From the NCBI GenBank assembly GCA_010909165.1, contig MU008156.1:620001-684000 (forward strand): a stretch of 64,000 nt of DNA. The letters run 5' to 3'. Positions within the stretch are counted from its first letter, which is position 1. The number at the start of each line of letters is the position of its first letter. Below, one piece after another: positions 11,813 to 23,825 of the stretch. The notes under the pieces are model-generated. The model saw only the letters and a list, made by a program, of their open reading frames with translations, did no database searches and was not told where the DNA came from. The DNA comes from Anthoceros angustus. Lineage: Eukaryota > Plantae > Anthocerotophyta. The position numbers and the translations under genes were made by a program.

Positions 11813-12978
11813 GTTGACTGCCTAAGTGTATCTTGTATACTTGCTATGTTTAATGACCCCACAATATGGGTCATATTATCACGTGGACATTATTGAAAGC
11901 AATAGACTCTTAGTTGATACCTGCACTTCCTAGACTCGTTATGCTTCCGATCACAGTAAGAGGACAAATTAGGCTTTTGTCCAAAGGGCACCAAGGTTTG
12001 ATTAAGCCTTAATCATGTCCAAGCAATTGGATCAGAAGCTCACAATTGACAGCCATGCCCACGGGAAGCCTATGACTAAATATGGGCTTCATATTTGAAT
12101 TTGTGTGTTCTTGAAGTTTGTTCTCCAAGCAATGTATTCATGCATTTTGGCACTACCAATAGTGTAGTGGTATCAATCCGCCTAATATCCAATAGAATTA
12201 TTGAACCGTCGGGTAAATCTTAGCACTTGGCTGTGCTTCTAAAGGTTAAATACCGGGCTTAGCCTCAATAGGGATAATTAAATTTTGCCTCATGTATGAT
12301 GTGCGTGCCCATTGCATGAGTGCAAGTGCCATGCAATCACAATGTGTAACATGTGAAGCTTGAATGTGTAAATCGTTTGCTTAACTATGCTAGGCTCCTT
12401 AGCATCGTAAACTTGTTCTTCTCCTAGGTACAATATCAGCACTTACAAGTTGAACCTATTTTCCAGTACTAGTGCATATGTATTGTGGCAGATGATGCGA
12501 TTCAGTTCAACTTCTCGAAGTGTTCATATGATCTACGTACATATCTTTATATTGTGCCTTTTACTGAGACCAAATAAAACGACTACATTGCAGTAACGAC
12601 TTGGTCAATCGATGGCACTGGTCCATGCCCGATCAGGTAGGCCTTAGAAGTTTGGAAGAGCAAGTGACAGAAAATGGCAAGATTTTGAGAGCTCTTGGCC
12701 TGAAATTGGCTTCCGTCAGAAACATGCACTGGCTGAGAGTGGGGACCGTCCATAACAAGCCTCTTGGTATTCAAGATGCAAAGCTCTGAGTAACCCAAAA
12801 TGGTAGTGTGGACTATCTACAAGGGCAAGCCTGCCAGGAAGTCATTAACAGGAGGATGGAAGGCCTGCATCTTCTTGCAGGATAGGGTCACCGACATCAA
12901 TTCCTTTGCCTGCTATATTCCTACAGTCTTGTAGGGTAAGCTACAAGACTGTAAGCTCAAGTGCTGTGAACTTGATTG

Positions 12979-15900
12979 TGACGGAAATAGCGCACTCAAG
13001 CCTCAGCATAATTAGGTCACAGTTCATTACTTAGAATATTTAATTGCATGTATTTACCCAATGGGTACGCCTCTTCATCTTTTACCCCTTATCTCTTCGC
13101 TCTCAATTGACACTTGAGCGTCATGCTTGTTGTATTCAATTAGACACACACACTTCTGAACGGAATAACAACCATACAAAAATCTTCATGGTATCAGAGC
13201 ATCAGGGCTTCTTGATGATCTTTGATACCGATGGCAAGAATCAAGTCCTATCACTAGATTGGTGAAATATGGACAAGAGAGGAGCTAAACAAGCGCCTCT
13301 TGATTAGAAGTCATTGACAACTTAATGTGGCTAGCGGGCTAATTTGATCAGACCGACAATGAGAATTATGATCACTTATACAGTGTTGCCTCCATGAGGC
13401 TTAACCGACAGGCTCATCCAAACTTGGCATTGAATTTCAGTTTGTTGAACTAAGAGCCTCAAGCCAGCGCGTGAGACAGCCATTCTCCTAAATGTTGCCA
13501 TCACAAGTTGTATCCTAAATGTTGCCATCACAACTTGTATCTAAAACCATTTCGCACATGTTCCACAATGGCTAGAAACGAGAATAGGCGCACTAATTAA
13601 ATTACACTTGGTGTTCCTGCAGAGATCACACTCAACAATTAGAACCATCAACATCAACAACAAATCGAGAACAATTCACATCATTGCAGGGTGATTCCCT
13701 ATACATTAACTCTCTCCAAGAATCCATCAACATTCTTGTGAGACGGCTCAATAACCTTGAGGATAGTCAGCGTGAATTGAATTCTTATGTTAGAAGGTCC
13801 AATCATCATAGGCTATCATCAATAAGATGATGACCTTGATGTTGATCTTGGATCATACCATTCAGCCTACACCTGTACATAGAGGACATTATTAGGCATA
13901 GGTGCAACCGTTCAGGCCGACATGAATAATAGCTTGAAGAACCTCATGACAAAGGTGTAGACGCAACTGTTCAGGCCGACGTCAATAATAGCTTGAATAT
14001 CACCAAATCTGCTCCAACGTATCAAAATGGGGACTGTGGTCCACGATTATAACGTGGACATAAAGGACCAGGACAGATTTAATAGCTCCGACTACGACAC
14101 ATGGGTAATTAAAATGGTCTTCATTCTAGATGAGGCAAACTTGATGGGATTTGTCGATGGAACGGTGCCCAAGGTCGAATTGAATGCCACTGGCTCTAAC
14201 CAGCAAGTAGTAAATGATTGGAAGAAACTCATCAAGATGGCTAGAAAACTTATCTTGGTCGGGTTAGAAAGGTGTATGCTCCATCAAGTGGATGGAACTA
14301 CAACTTCTGCCGAAGTATGGTCATAACTTTCCAACCTATATCAATATGAAGATTTGGGAACAATGGTCGTTGCTGTAAGGAACCTATCCTCTTTGCGGAT
14401 GAAGGAGTCTGACAACGTGCAAGGGCACATCTCTGCCTTCATATCTGCAAGAATGAAACTCTCAAGTTCAGGTTGGAAAATTGATGAAGTAAAGGCAACT
14501 ACGGTATTTCTCAATACCTTACCTTCTAGCTATCATGATTTTATAACCTCCCAAAATCCTAAGATCAGAGATGCTCAGAAAGCACTCAAGAAAGGATGCA
14601 ACGCTGCAAAAGTAACTGATGGAGTACTTGCCGAGGTAGTCTCCGCCTTCAATCAAACAACACCACGCGCCATGGTGCAGGACCCATATAGAGGTTAACT
14701 AGGATCATGTACATTGGTAGAGGACGAGGTAAAGGAAGATCTTTCCAACCAAAGTCGGACAAAACACATGTACAACAACTCCACAACCAAGAGCAAATAC
14801 CAAATAAAATAAAATGGTAGTTGCAATTGGTGTGGAATCCCAGGCCATTTTCTCAATAAAATAAAATGGTAGTTGCAATTGGTGTGGAATCCCAGGCCAC
14901 TGAGAAAATGAATGCAAGAAGGAAGTCTCATGCCTTCCTCAAAAAGGTCGTTCACCCTCTACCTATGTCGTCTCTTCATTTGCTGGAAATAGAATACCAA
15001 TGTCCTCCTTACTTGGCATCATGGCTGTATGTCTTACACGAAATCCGGTTGATCATCTTGGGTGGTATCTGGACTCCTTTGCCTCGGTCCATATCTACCA
15101 CACACAAGCCTTCTTCAGCACATATGACTAGGTACCTATTGACACTTTTGTGTTACTTGGGGACGACTCCGGACTTGGGGTTGTTGGAAAAGGTTCACTT
15201 CCACTTACTCTCAGTGATCAATCTGAAGTAACTCTGTTGAATGGCTTGCATGTACCTACCATGATCAAGAAATTGATCTAAATTATGGATTCCAAGTACC
15301 CTGACAAAGTATACACACGTCTCATAGCTATATACGGACTTAAACAAAGTCCTAAACGTTAGTACATAAGGATCAACAAATACCTTCTCTCTTGTGGCTT
15401 TGTTCAAGGCCTATTTGATTCAAATGTGTGAATACTTCATACCAGTAACGGTTATGTGCTCTTTGCCTTTATGTGGACGATTGCATCCTTTCTAGCAGTA
15501 CACAACCAGCACTAGAGAGGGTTAAAAATATCCTTAGAAAAGAATACAACATGAAGGATGTAGGGGACTTGAAGTATGTATTAAGAGAACAAGTCGAGAG
15601 AAACTCACAGCAGCATGAACTTTGGATACACTAGGAGAAAGCATAGGTCATATCTTGAAGAGAAGGAAACTTGAGGACACCCGACCTGTTGATACACCTA
15701 TGGTTACTAACCTACCACTAACTATCATGGATTGCCCACAATATGAACAAGGCAAGGAAGAAATGACATCCATTCCATTCCAGCTCGGCAGTGGGCTCAC
15801 TCATATAAGCCTCACAAAGCCTTTGCCTGAACACCAACACTTTAAGCATTCAAAGGGCATGAGTACCTTTCCTTGCTTCAATCAGAAACCTTCCATGCCA

Positions 15901-16475
15901 GTAAGGTTCGCCCTGCGACTGTTTGATCCTCGTGCTGCTGATTCTCCTCATTGGGAAGGATTGGACAGGTTATCTGTCTGCTTCTTATCCTCAATAGGAG
16001 GAAATCCAACACTGGGATTAGAAGATCCCCTAAATGTCAAAAGTATCTTGGAGCGCCATCAAGTCCAAATTTGATCCCCGTGCTGCTAATTCTCCTCATT
16101 GGGAAGGATTGGACAAGTTGTCTGTCTGCTTCTTATCCTCAATTGAAGAAATCCAACACAGGGATAGAAGATCCCCTAAATGTCGAAAGTATCTTGGAGC
16201 TCCATCAAGTCCAAATCCGTGCCTCATGTTGCTTGATTCCTGGCGGTGGCTTCTTAGTGTGAGTGGGAGTGAAGTGGATAGCGCACTCAAGCCTAAGCAT
16301 GATTAGGGCATGGTCTGTTACTTAAAAATTTAGTTACATGTATTTATCCAAGGGTATGGCTCTTCATCTTGCACCCCTTGCTTCTTCGCTCTCAATTAAC
16401 ACTTGAGCGTCGTGTTCATTGTATAGTTAGACAAACACACTTATGAATGGAATAACAATCATACAAAAATCTTCA
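12979..16475 (+). mobile_element. Internally deleted, degenerate Ty1/Copia LTR retrotransposon
   Basis: Diverged ~210-bp LTRs TG..CA at 12979-13188 and 16270-16475. tRNA-iMet PBS TGGTATCAGAGC at 13189-13200 and a purine tract GAGTGGGAG before the 3' LTR. Copia gag (UBN2-like) remnants at 14027-14698 and RT remnants at 15450-15790 (YVDD-like, MKDVGDLKYVL, RPVDTPM), with stops and frameshifts. Confidence 0.88.
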
Positions 16476-16571
16476 CATCGGATAATGCAAGAATCGATTT
16501 AGCAGGATATCAAGTTCCCTTGAACGACCCTAAAAAAAATAAAAGGATGTCGCTCGGATAAGCTGCTGACT

Positions 16572-19500
16572 TGGGGCCACTACTAGCTAGAATGAGCTAC
16601 TGATCGCCTAAGGAGGCTATGCCATTTGCGTAGAGCAGTTGGAGGCCGTTCGAGGGAACTTGCATGGTCGCCTGCAGGGGACACAGGTGGGGTGAAACAT
16701 GTATTGGCTGGCGGCAGAATCGAAAATCTTTCGGGCAATCTCGCTGAGACGGAGAGGCAATTGGCTGACGACAATAATAAGGCAATCTCGCTGAGACTGA
16801 GAGCCAATTGGCTGAGGACAGATAAAAAGTCTGTAAGTCTGACCGGCAATCTCGCTGTCACCGAGTCGTATACCGCGTTTTCCGCCTATTGGACAAGACA
16901 AGAACCCGACTGCCCAAGTGAGAAACCTTTGGAACGTGCAGTTCTGAATTTGGATACGAGATTCCGTGGTGGGCGGTAAACAGATCTGCTTGTCCAAGTG
17001 GACAAGAGTAGGCTTCTCCTTGTTTTCCTCCTTCTCCTTCTTCTCCTTCTTCTCCTTCTTCTCCTTCTTCTCCTTCTTCTCCTTCTTCTCCTTCTTCTCC
17101 TCCGCCTCCTTCTCCTCCTTCTCCTTCTTCTCTCCTTCTTCTGCTGCTTCTCTCCACCTTCTCCTTCTTCTCTCCTTCTTCTCCTTCTTCTCTCCATCTT
17201 CTCCTTCTCCTCCTCCTTCGTCAATCTTGTCCCAATTGGTGACGATAGTGATGAGTAGCAGGGAAATCATCTGCGTGGCAATCCCGCCGAGCATTCCATC
17301 CATAGCCCCTGCTCCAACACGAGGGTAGCATGAGCTTGAGCAGGTTTCAAATGCGCCCGCCCTTTTAGGCCTTTCCTTACTGAACTGCTCCCATGGCCAT
17401 GTGCGCGGGTCTATACCCGTGTGCGGCTTCCTATTCTGCTGCATCATCCTGCGGAGGTAGGCGGCTTGGGCGGACTTTACTTGACAAAACATAGAAGACT
17501 CCCGGCGGAAAATGGGCTTGGCACTGGAGCCCTGCCAGAGTAGCGGAGAAGCTGGCGACTTCCCGTATGTCAGCGTCCGCAGGTTCGGACACCAGCTTCT
17601 GGGCCTCTCTACAAAAAGGCTCAAGTCTGTGAGCAGACGCGAAAACAAGAACTTTCACCCAGTTTCACGCCAACCCGGAGTTACAAAATGTGCGCGCGAC
17701 GTGGCCAATTTCTGTGCATTACTTTTCATATTAATGTATTCACTTCCGCCCTGCCCATGAAGTGCGGACTCGATGCCGTCCACACGCCGACCACATAGTT
17801 CCAGATATTTCACCCACACTGGTAACGCGGGAGCATGTAATTGGGCCGGGGCTGCATAATATCGTGATATCAGAGATGCAAGAAAATAAATCTGCTGATA
17901 TGTGTAGATATGATGATGGCAATCGGTGAAATTGCCACGCTGAAAATCGAATCGTATGTGCTCGCGATTCTCACCGAACCCGCTAGAACAGCTGTTGTTC
18001 TCGGCCTCCACCATAAATACATGACCTGTACACCTCTACTCTCGCGGTAAAGGCACGCAGCGCCAGAAGACGGGCATCTGCGCTTGCGCCTGCGACTGAC
18101 GCCAGACTCCCATCCGCCATTTTCAAGCAGGCGCGCGCACTCCCTCCCACGCCAGCACCATGTTCAGCCCGGCGCTCACCGTTGCCATCTTCCGGGCGCT
18201 CACGGAGGTGGTGGCTTCCATCATGGAATCTGCTTGCAAGTTCAGCTCCGTCACCTCCAGGTTTCTGGAGAAATTTCGTCGCCACCGGATGCGGGTGCTG
18301 AGAATCTGATCTACTACGTCGGGATGCGGTACTGAATCTGCTCTGCGGAGTCGCAAAATTTCAAGCTAACGGAAGGATGGAACGGTCTCGGAGAGGAGGA
18401 TGTTGAGGCTGAGCGCTGGCCTAGATGCGGTGATGGACCGAAGTCCGGTCCGGATGCGTTGCTCCTGATGTCTGTGTTTCTGCGGCCCGGTGGCCTCTGC
18501 TCGCTGGAGATCATATCATTCGGGTGAGCCCTCTGAGGCCGCGAGAGGGCAAGCAGGCCAGGGAGGTTGGAGATTTGAGGAGGAGGCTGGCGTTGCTGTC
18601 TTTCCCTCCGCGAACTGGAGTGTAAATCTGACCTTCTGTTCCCGTTTTGTGATGCCAAGATGTGGTCAGACATGAGAACCGCCATCCTACTGGAGTGTAA
18701 ATCTGATCTGCTGCTCCCGTTTTTTGATGCCAAGATCCGGTCAGACATGAGACCCGCCATTCTAGTTGTATTTCTAGTCCAAGCAGTGCCGCAGAAATCT
18801 GCGAGCTTGGAGGTTGTGTTTTTGACTGCGTAGTGGTGACACTGGAGCTGGCTATTGAGAGGTGATTGTTGTGCGCTTCACCGCAGTCGGCCTGTGCTCA
18901 CCGTTGTAACATACAGGTTCGATCCGGTTTGGCATCTTGTCAAACCGGTTCCGATGGCGCTAGCTAGCCACCTTGCTAAATATCTGGATGCTCATCCAGG
19001 AAGATAAAGAAAAATGCTACGTTTTCTCGCGGTAAATGTAGAAACATGCCTTGTCTGTTTTCCAGGATGCTACTCTATTTGCAAAACGCAGAAGCATCCA
19101 CAAGCAGAAGATGATGTAAAGGGGACGAACAAGATAAACAGAGGGCAGATAGCTCAAGCGGAGGGTTTGGCAACAGTCCTGATACAATCACTAACAGCTG
19201 CTCAAAAAATTGCCATGACAATCTGCCACATGCGACATCAAACAGAGCAACCATTTTAATGTACCAGACCATGCTGTCATGAGTCTTGACCACAGCGCAT
19301 GACTACCTAACAAATCATCACAGCAGATGGCGCATCCAGCTTGTACAATTCAGCAAAATCGTGTAGACCATCTCTCGAAAACCCAGTCCAAGTCTTGCTG
19401 CAAGCAGGTGCACATTTGATGCAGAGAACGATGAAAACGGCATTGAGACAAGTTGAAAGGCATCAAGCCAATGCTGCCCCCCGGTATCCCACCCCCCAGC

Positions 19501-20185
19501 TGGTAAATCAAGAGCCAACAGAGGGACGTCCAGGGCCGTGGTGGTGGCAGCAGAAAACAGCATGGGAGCAATTATGCTCTGAGTCTGATGGAACTTCTGC
19601 ATCGGCTGAACCCCCGCCCAGGCGTACAGAATAGGCACGAGCCATCGGGCGTACTCCCCCGCCTTGTCAGAGATTTCAGCATCCTGCCCCGCCAGCCTCA
19701 GCAGCGAGCCCATGTTGAGCCAAAGCACGGTAACCACCAGGGCCGTGACCAACAGAACCACCATCCCCCTTTGCATGAACACTCCCAGCATGCGGTACTG
19801 CTTGGGACCGTACGCCTGCCCGCAGAGAGTCTCCAACCCGCTTGCCAGACCAATCTACATTGCCAATGCCAGCTTCAGATAAGCTGGCAGGGATTGAGCC
19901 GAGGAAGGAATGCAGCACCAGCACCCGTAGCATGACGCCTAAACCTGAGACGGTGCCCAAGGACGGTGCAATAGAGGGAGTTGCAAGCGAGAGCTCGTCC
20001 AAGTGACCTACGAACATGACGGAGATGGTGGTCAGGGAGCACTGGAACAAGTTGACGCCGACAATGGGAGCCGCCATGGCAAGCTGCTTCCTCACCTCCA
20101 CCCACACAGGCGAGGAAGCCGGGGGCTCCACCTGCGTTCCCGCCCCCTCGGGCCGTAACAGCGGCGCTGCGAGCTCATCAGCCAT
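16572..20185 (-). pseudogene. Inverted, decayed copy of the MATE gene; middle exons replaced by unrelated DNA
   Basis: 20185-19085 is the reverse complement of ~8090-9185 (same MADELAAPLLRPEG start). 17330-16572 matches ~9930-10392. It has frameshifts and lacks the equivalent of ~9190-9930. Confidence 0.9.
17010..17222. repeat. Pyrimidine-rich (TTCTCCTTC)n compound microsatellite inserted in the MATE copy
   Basis: Direct reading. It is absent at the orthologous position of the intact MATE (~10035). Confidence 0.9.
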
Positions 20186-20634
20186 TACGTGATTCGGACC
20201 TCAGCGCTAAAGCTGCTAGCCAGCTGGAAGTTGAGCGCCAGGGGCGGCAATGCGACTGCTGTCCATTGAAGTCACTCGACCTTGGGCATGTTTGCGACGC
20301 AAGCTAGGAAGCAGATGGCTCACATACAGGCCTTCGGTTGCTCAAGCGTGGCGTGCGCAACAGGAATGACCACCTTTAGTGTTTCCTAGGCAACGGCCAA
20401 CGGTTGGTGGTGGTCCGGGCTGGTGGATTCGCACTCCCCTCAGTAGCATCCTCACAGCCTCTTATTGGCCGCCTGCCTGTCCTCCTGCTCCTGCTGCTGC
20501 ATAGGGACTCCGTGCTATGTGTTAACGATTGCCCTTGAGATGGCTTCCCAGTGCAAGCCCACACAACCCAAACCAGGAGAAGTGCCTTGCGGGGCGTCAA
20601 GGCGGTTGCTGTCGGGGCGTCAAGGCGGTGGCTG

Positions 20635-22200
20635 GGGATGGTGGTTCCATCGAGGGTCGTAGGCAGGAGCTCTTGGTGGCGGCAGTTTTTCATGGAGCAT
20701 ACTCTGTAGTGGGACAACAGGTAGCTCAAGAAGAGCTCCCGCTCGCCTGACTTCCAGGTCAAGGAGTCCCACGAGGTCCTCTGGTTAAACAGCTTGCACG
20801 AGACAGCTTGGGTGGATGAGCAGCTGGCTGATCTGGACATGTATGCCAAGTGTCGACATCATGGACATCATCAACCGGCGAGTGCAACCTACGACGACCC
20901 ATGTGAGCTTGATTCCTTTGTTTGTAGTAGCCTGGTGAACGTGTATGCCAAATGTGGCAGCTTGGAGGACGCCAAGAGAGTGTTTGATGCCCTTGAACAC
21001 AAAACTGTGGTGACATGGAACTCCATGATGGCGGGATATTCTCAGCAGGGCATGGATCTGGAAGCTCTTCGTCTTTACAGCCGTATCCTGCAGGAAGGAT
21101 GTGACATTTTGTGTGCCTCCTGCAGGCATGTGCAAGTGTAGGCACCCCGGCCCTGGAGAAAGGGACGCAGCTTCATGCACAGTTTGGAGAGCAAGGGCTT
21201 CAAGTTCATGTATCTGTAGCCAACAGCTTGATAAACATGTATGTAAAGTGTGGCAGCCTAGAGGATGCTCGCAGCGTGTTTCAACGACTTTGGACCTCGG
21301 AAGGATGTGGTGGCATGGACCTCTCTGATAGCAGGATACTCCCAGCAGGACATGGGTCAGAAAGCCCTTCATCTTTACTTCACTATGCAACAAGAAGGCA
21401 TCCCGGCACCCGACTCTGTCACATTCTTATGCCTCCTGCAGGCATGTGCAAGTGTGGCAGCTTTAAATGTGGGAAGGCAGCGCCACGAACAAATCAAAGA
21501 CCAGGGGCTTGAAACAGATGTGACTGTAGGAACCAGTTTGATAGGCATGTACGCAAAGTCCGGGAGCATGGTGGACGCACAGCAGGTGTTTGATGCATTG
21601 CCTAAACCAGATGTTTTCACATAGAATGCACTCATTGCAGGATACGCCCGCCAAGGAGACAGTGAAGCAGTCTGTACCTTGCTTGACAGAATGAGAGAGG
21701 CCGGCATGCAGCCAGACAGCGTCGTGTTCCTCAGTTGCTAACGGTCTAATGAACAAGGGCCAAGAGTGCTTCAAGGCTATGTGCAAGAACTATGGCCTGA
21801 CTCCCACTGTGGAGCACTACACATGCATGGTGGACCCCTGGGTCGTGCAGGACAAGTAGACGAGGCTCAAGGGGTGGCCAGGACAATGCCTGTACAGACT
21901 GATGCTGCAGTCTGGTGCGCTCTCTTGGGTGCTTGTCAAAAGTGGAGTGATACTCAGGTGGGACGGTATGCTTTCGACGAGGCAACCAAGCTCGATAGCA
22001 AGGATTCTACATCACATGTGGGAGGAGGCGCAGGAGATGCATGTGAGGCGGAAAAAGAAATGGAGCATGGGAGCAGCCAGGCCAAAGCTAGTGGGCTGAC
22101 ATGGTCGGATGGGTGCACACCTTCTTGGCATGTTGAGAGTGATGCATATTTCTTGTGGTGACGTTTAAAAGTATAAGTGACACATAGATACCAGCGAAGC
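20635..22200 (+). pseudogene. Decayed duplicate of the PLS-E PPR gene
   Basis: Colinear with ~4775-6900 but with a ~550-bp internal deletion, frameshifts (~21100, ~21285, ~21735) and an in-frame TAG at ~21622. Homology of the 3' flank continues to ~22758 (matching ~7325). Confidence 0.92.
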
Positions 22201-22764
22201 CCATGAAATTGGTTCAGAAGCTAAGCTGCCCTGTGCTTTCGCTCTGCCAGACAGAGGCAGGCTTGAAGACTCTCAAATCTACACATCCTCAAGGCCTGAA
22301 CTCTGAGTTCTGAAAGCAGAACTGAAATCTGGAAGTCGGAATACATTTGCGGCAGTCTGGAGAAGAAAATATATTACATGTTGGCAGGCCTGGTTGGTAG
22401 TGAGGACAGGGAATGCACTCATCTGGAGAGCAAGACTTGGAAGTTGGAATACAGTTGAGGCAGTCTGGGGAAGAAAAAACATTACATGTTGGCAGGCCTG
22501 GTTGGCAGTGAGGACAGGGAATGTTATAACATTAGAACGGGAGTTATGATGAGCTAAGGGTCGCTCAGAAGTCAAGAAAGGAGATGAAAAACGGGAGAGC
22601 ACTGACACATAGTGTCTATTAAACGACTACATCGAATCTACCAGCCAAGCCAAAAGAGATGTTGCAACGGCACAGTATCCAGTCACCCATTAATATTCCA
22701 ACATGCCTATCGTGCCCACGCATCAAACAAGCTAGGGAGGACTCGCAGCTGAAAAATGTTCTCC

Positions 22765-23010
22765 ACAAAACACTCCAGTAAGGGAGTCAAGGAAGACAGA
22801 AACATTCCACAAAACACTCCAGTCAGGGATTCAGGGAAGACACAAACACTCCACAAAACACTCCAGTCAGGGAAGACAGAAACACTCCCCAACAGAGAAA
22901 AACACTCCACCACACTCCAGTCAGGGAAGACAAAAACACTTCACAACAGAGGAAAACACTCCAGCACACTCGAGTCAGGGAAGAGGGTAGAAACGCAAAC
23001 ACAGCACACC
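22765..23010. repeat. Minisatellite, ~35-45-bp units with core AAAACACTCCAGTCAGGGAAGACA
   Basis: About 6 degenerate direct repeats. Confidence 0.75.
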
Positions 23011-23825
23011 CGTTAGGCCGGAAAAATCCAAGCCTGATGGAAACTGTCACACAACTGCGATAAAATATAACCAATGACCCGCAAAACCTTTAAGCAATTT
23101 ATTCCCTCAAGCAATTTATTCACCTGTGGCTCGACTGGCCGCGATCAGGCCGAGGCATTCAGGCCACCGCCGGGCACTCCCTGGCCATACAAGGGGAAGA
23201 AATCTATTATAGCCATGATTAGGCACACAATCCTGGTGATGAGAAATTTCTTCCCCGTTAATTCGGAACACTACTGCTATTGAGTCTACTCAGTGGTTGT
23301 AATTAGTTGGTAACAATCCATGTCTACACCGAGAAAACCTGGGTTCAAACCCAACATCCACATGCGACACAGTTCGCAAAGTGGTTAAATTGTAAACTTT
23401 TCCAGCTTGTGAATGTTCGCATCCAGAACACTCGAGTCAGGCGAGAAACGCAACCCCAGCCTACCAGCAAGGCCATAGCAACCCAAGCCTCATGGAAAAT
23501 ACCGGAGTCGGGAGAAAAACGCAATCCCAGCCCTTCAGTGAAAGGCCATAGCAACCCAATCCTCATGGAAAACACCGGAGTCAAGAGAAAACCGCAATCC
23601 CAGCCCTTCAGCGAAAGGCCATAGCAACCCAATCCTCATGGAAACCTGTCACACAACTGCCATTTGAATATAACCAACGAGCCTTTAAATATAACCAATG
23701 ACCCGCAAAACCTTTTTCCTGTGCCCGGATTTGTGCCATTTGAATATAACCAAACAGCCTTTAAATATAACCGACGACCCCGCCGAACATTTTTCCTGTG
23801 CCCGGATTTGTACAAAGTACCCATG

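Noticed and set aside
16617-17648. 343-aa minus-strand ORF with a KKE-rich tract
   Set aside because: A chance fusion of unrelated filler DNA, a MATE remnant and a stop-free microsatellite.
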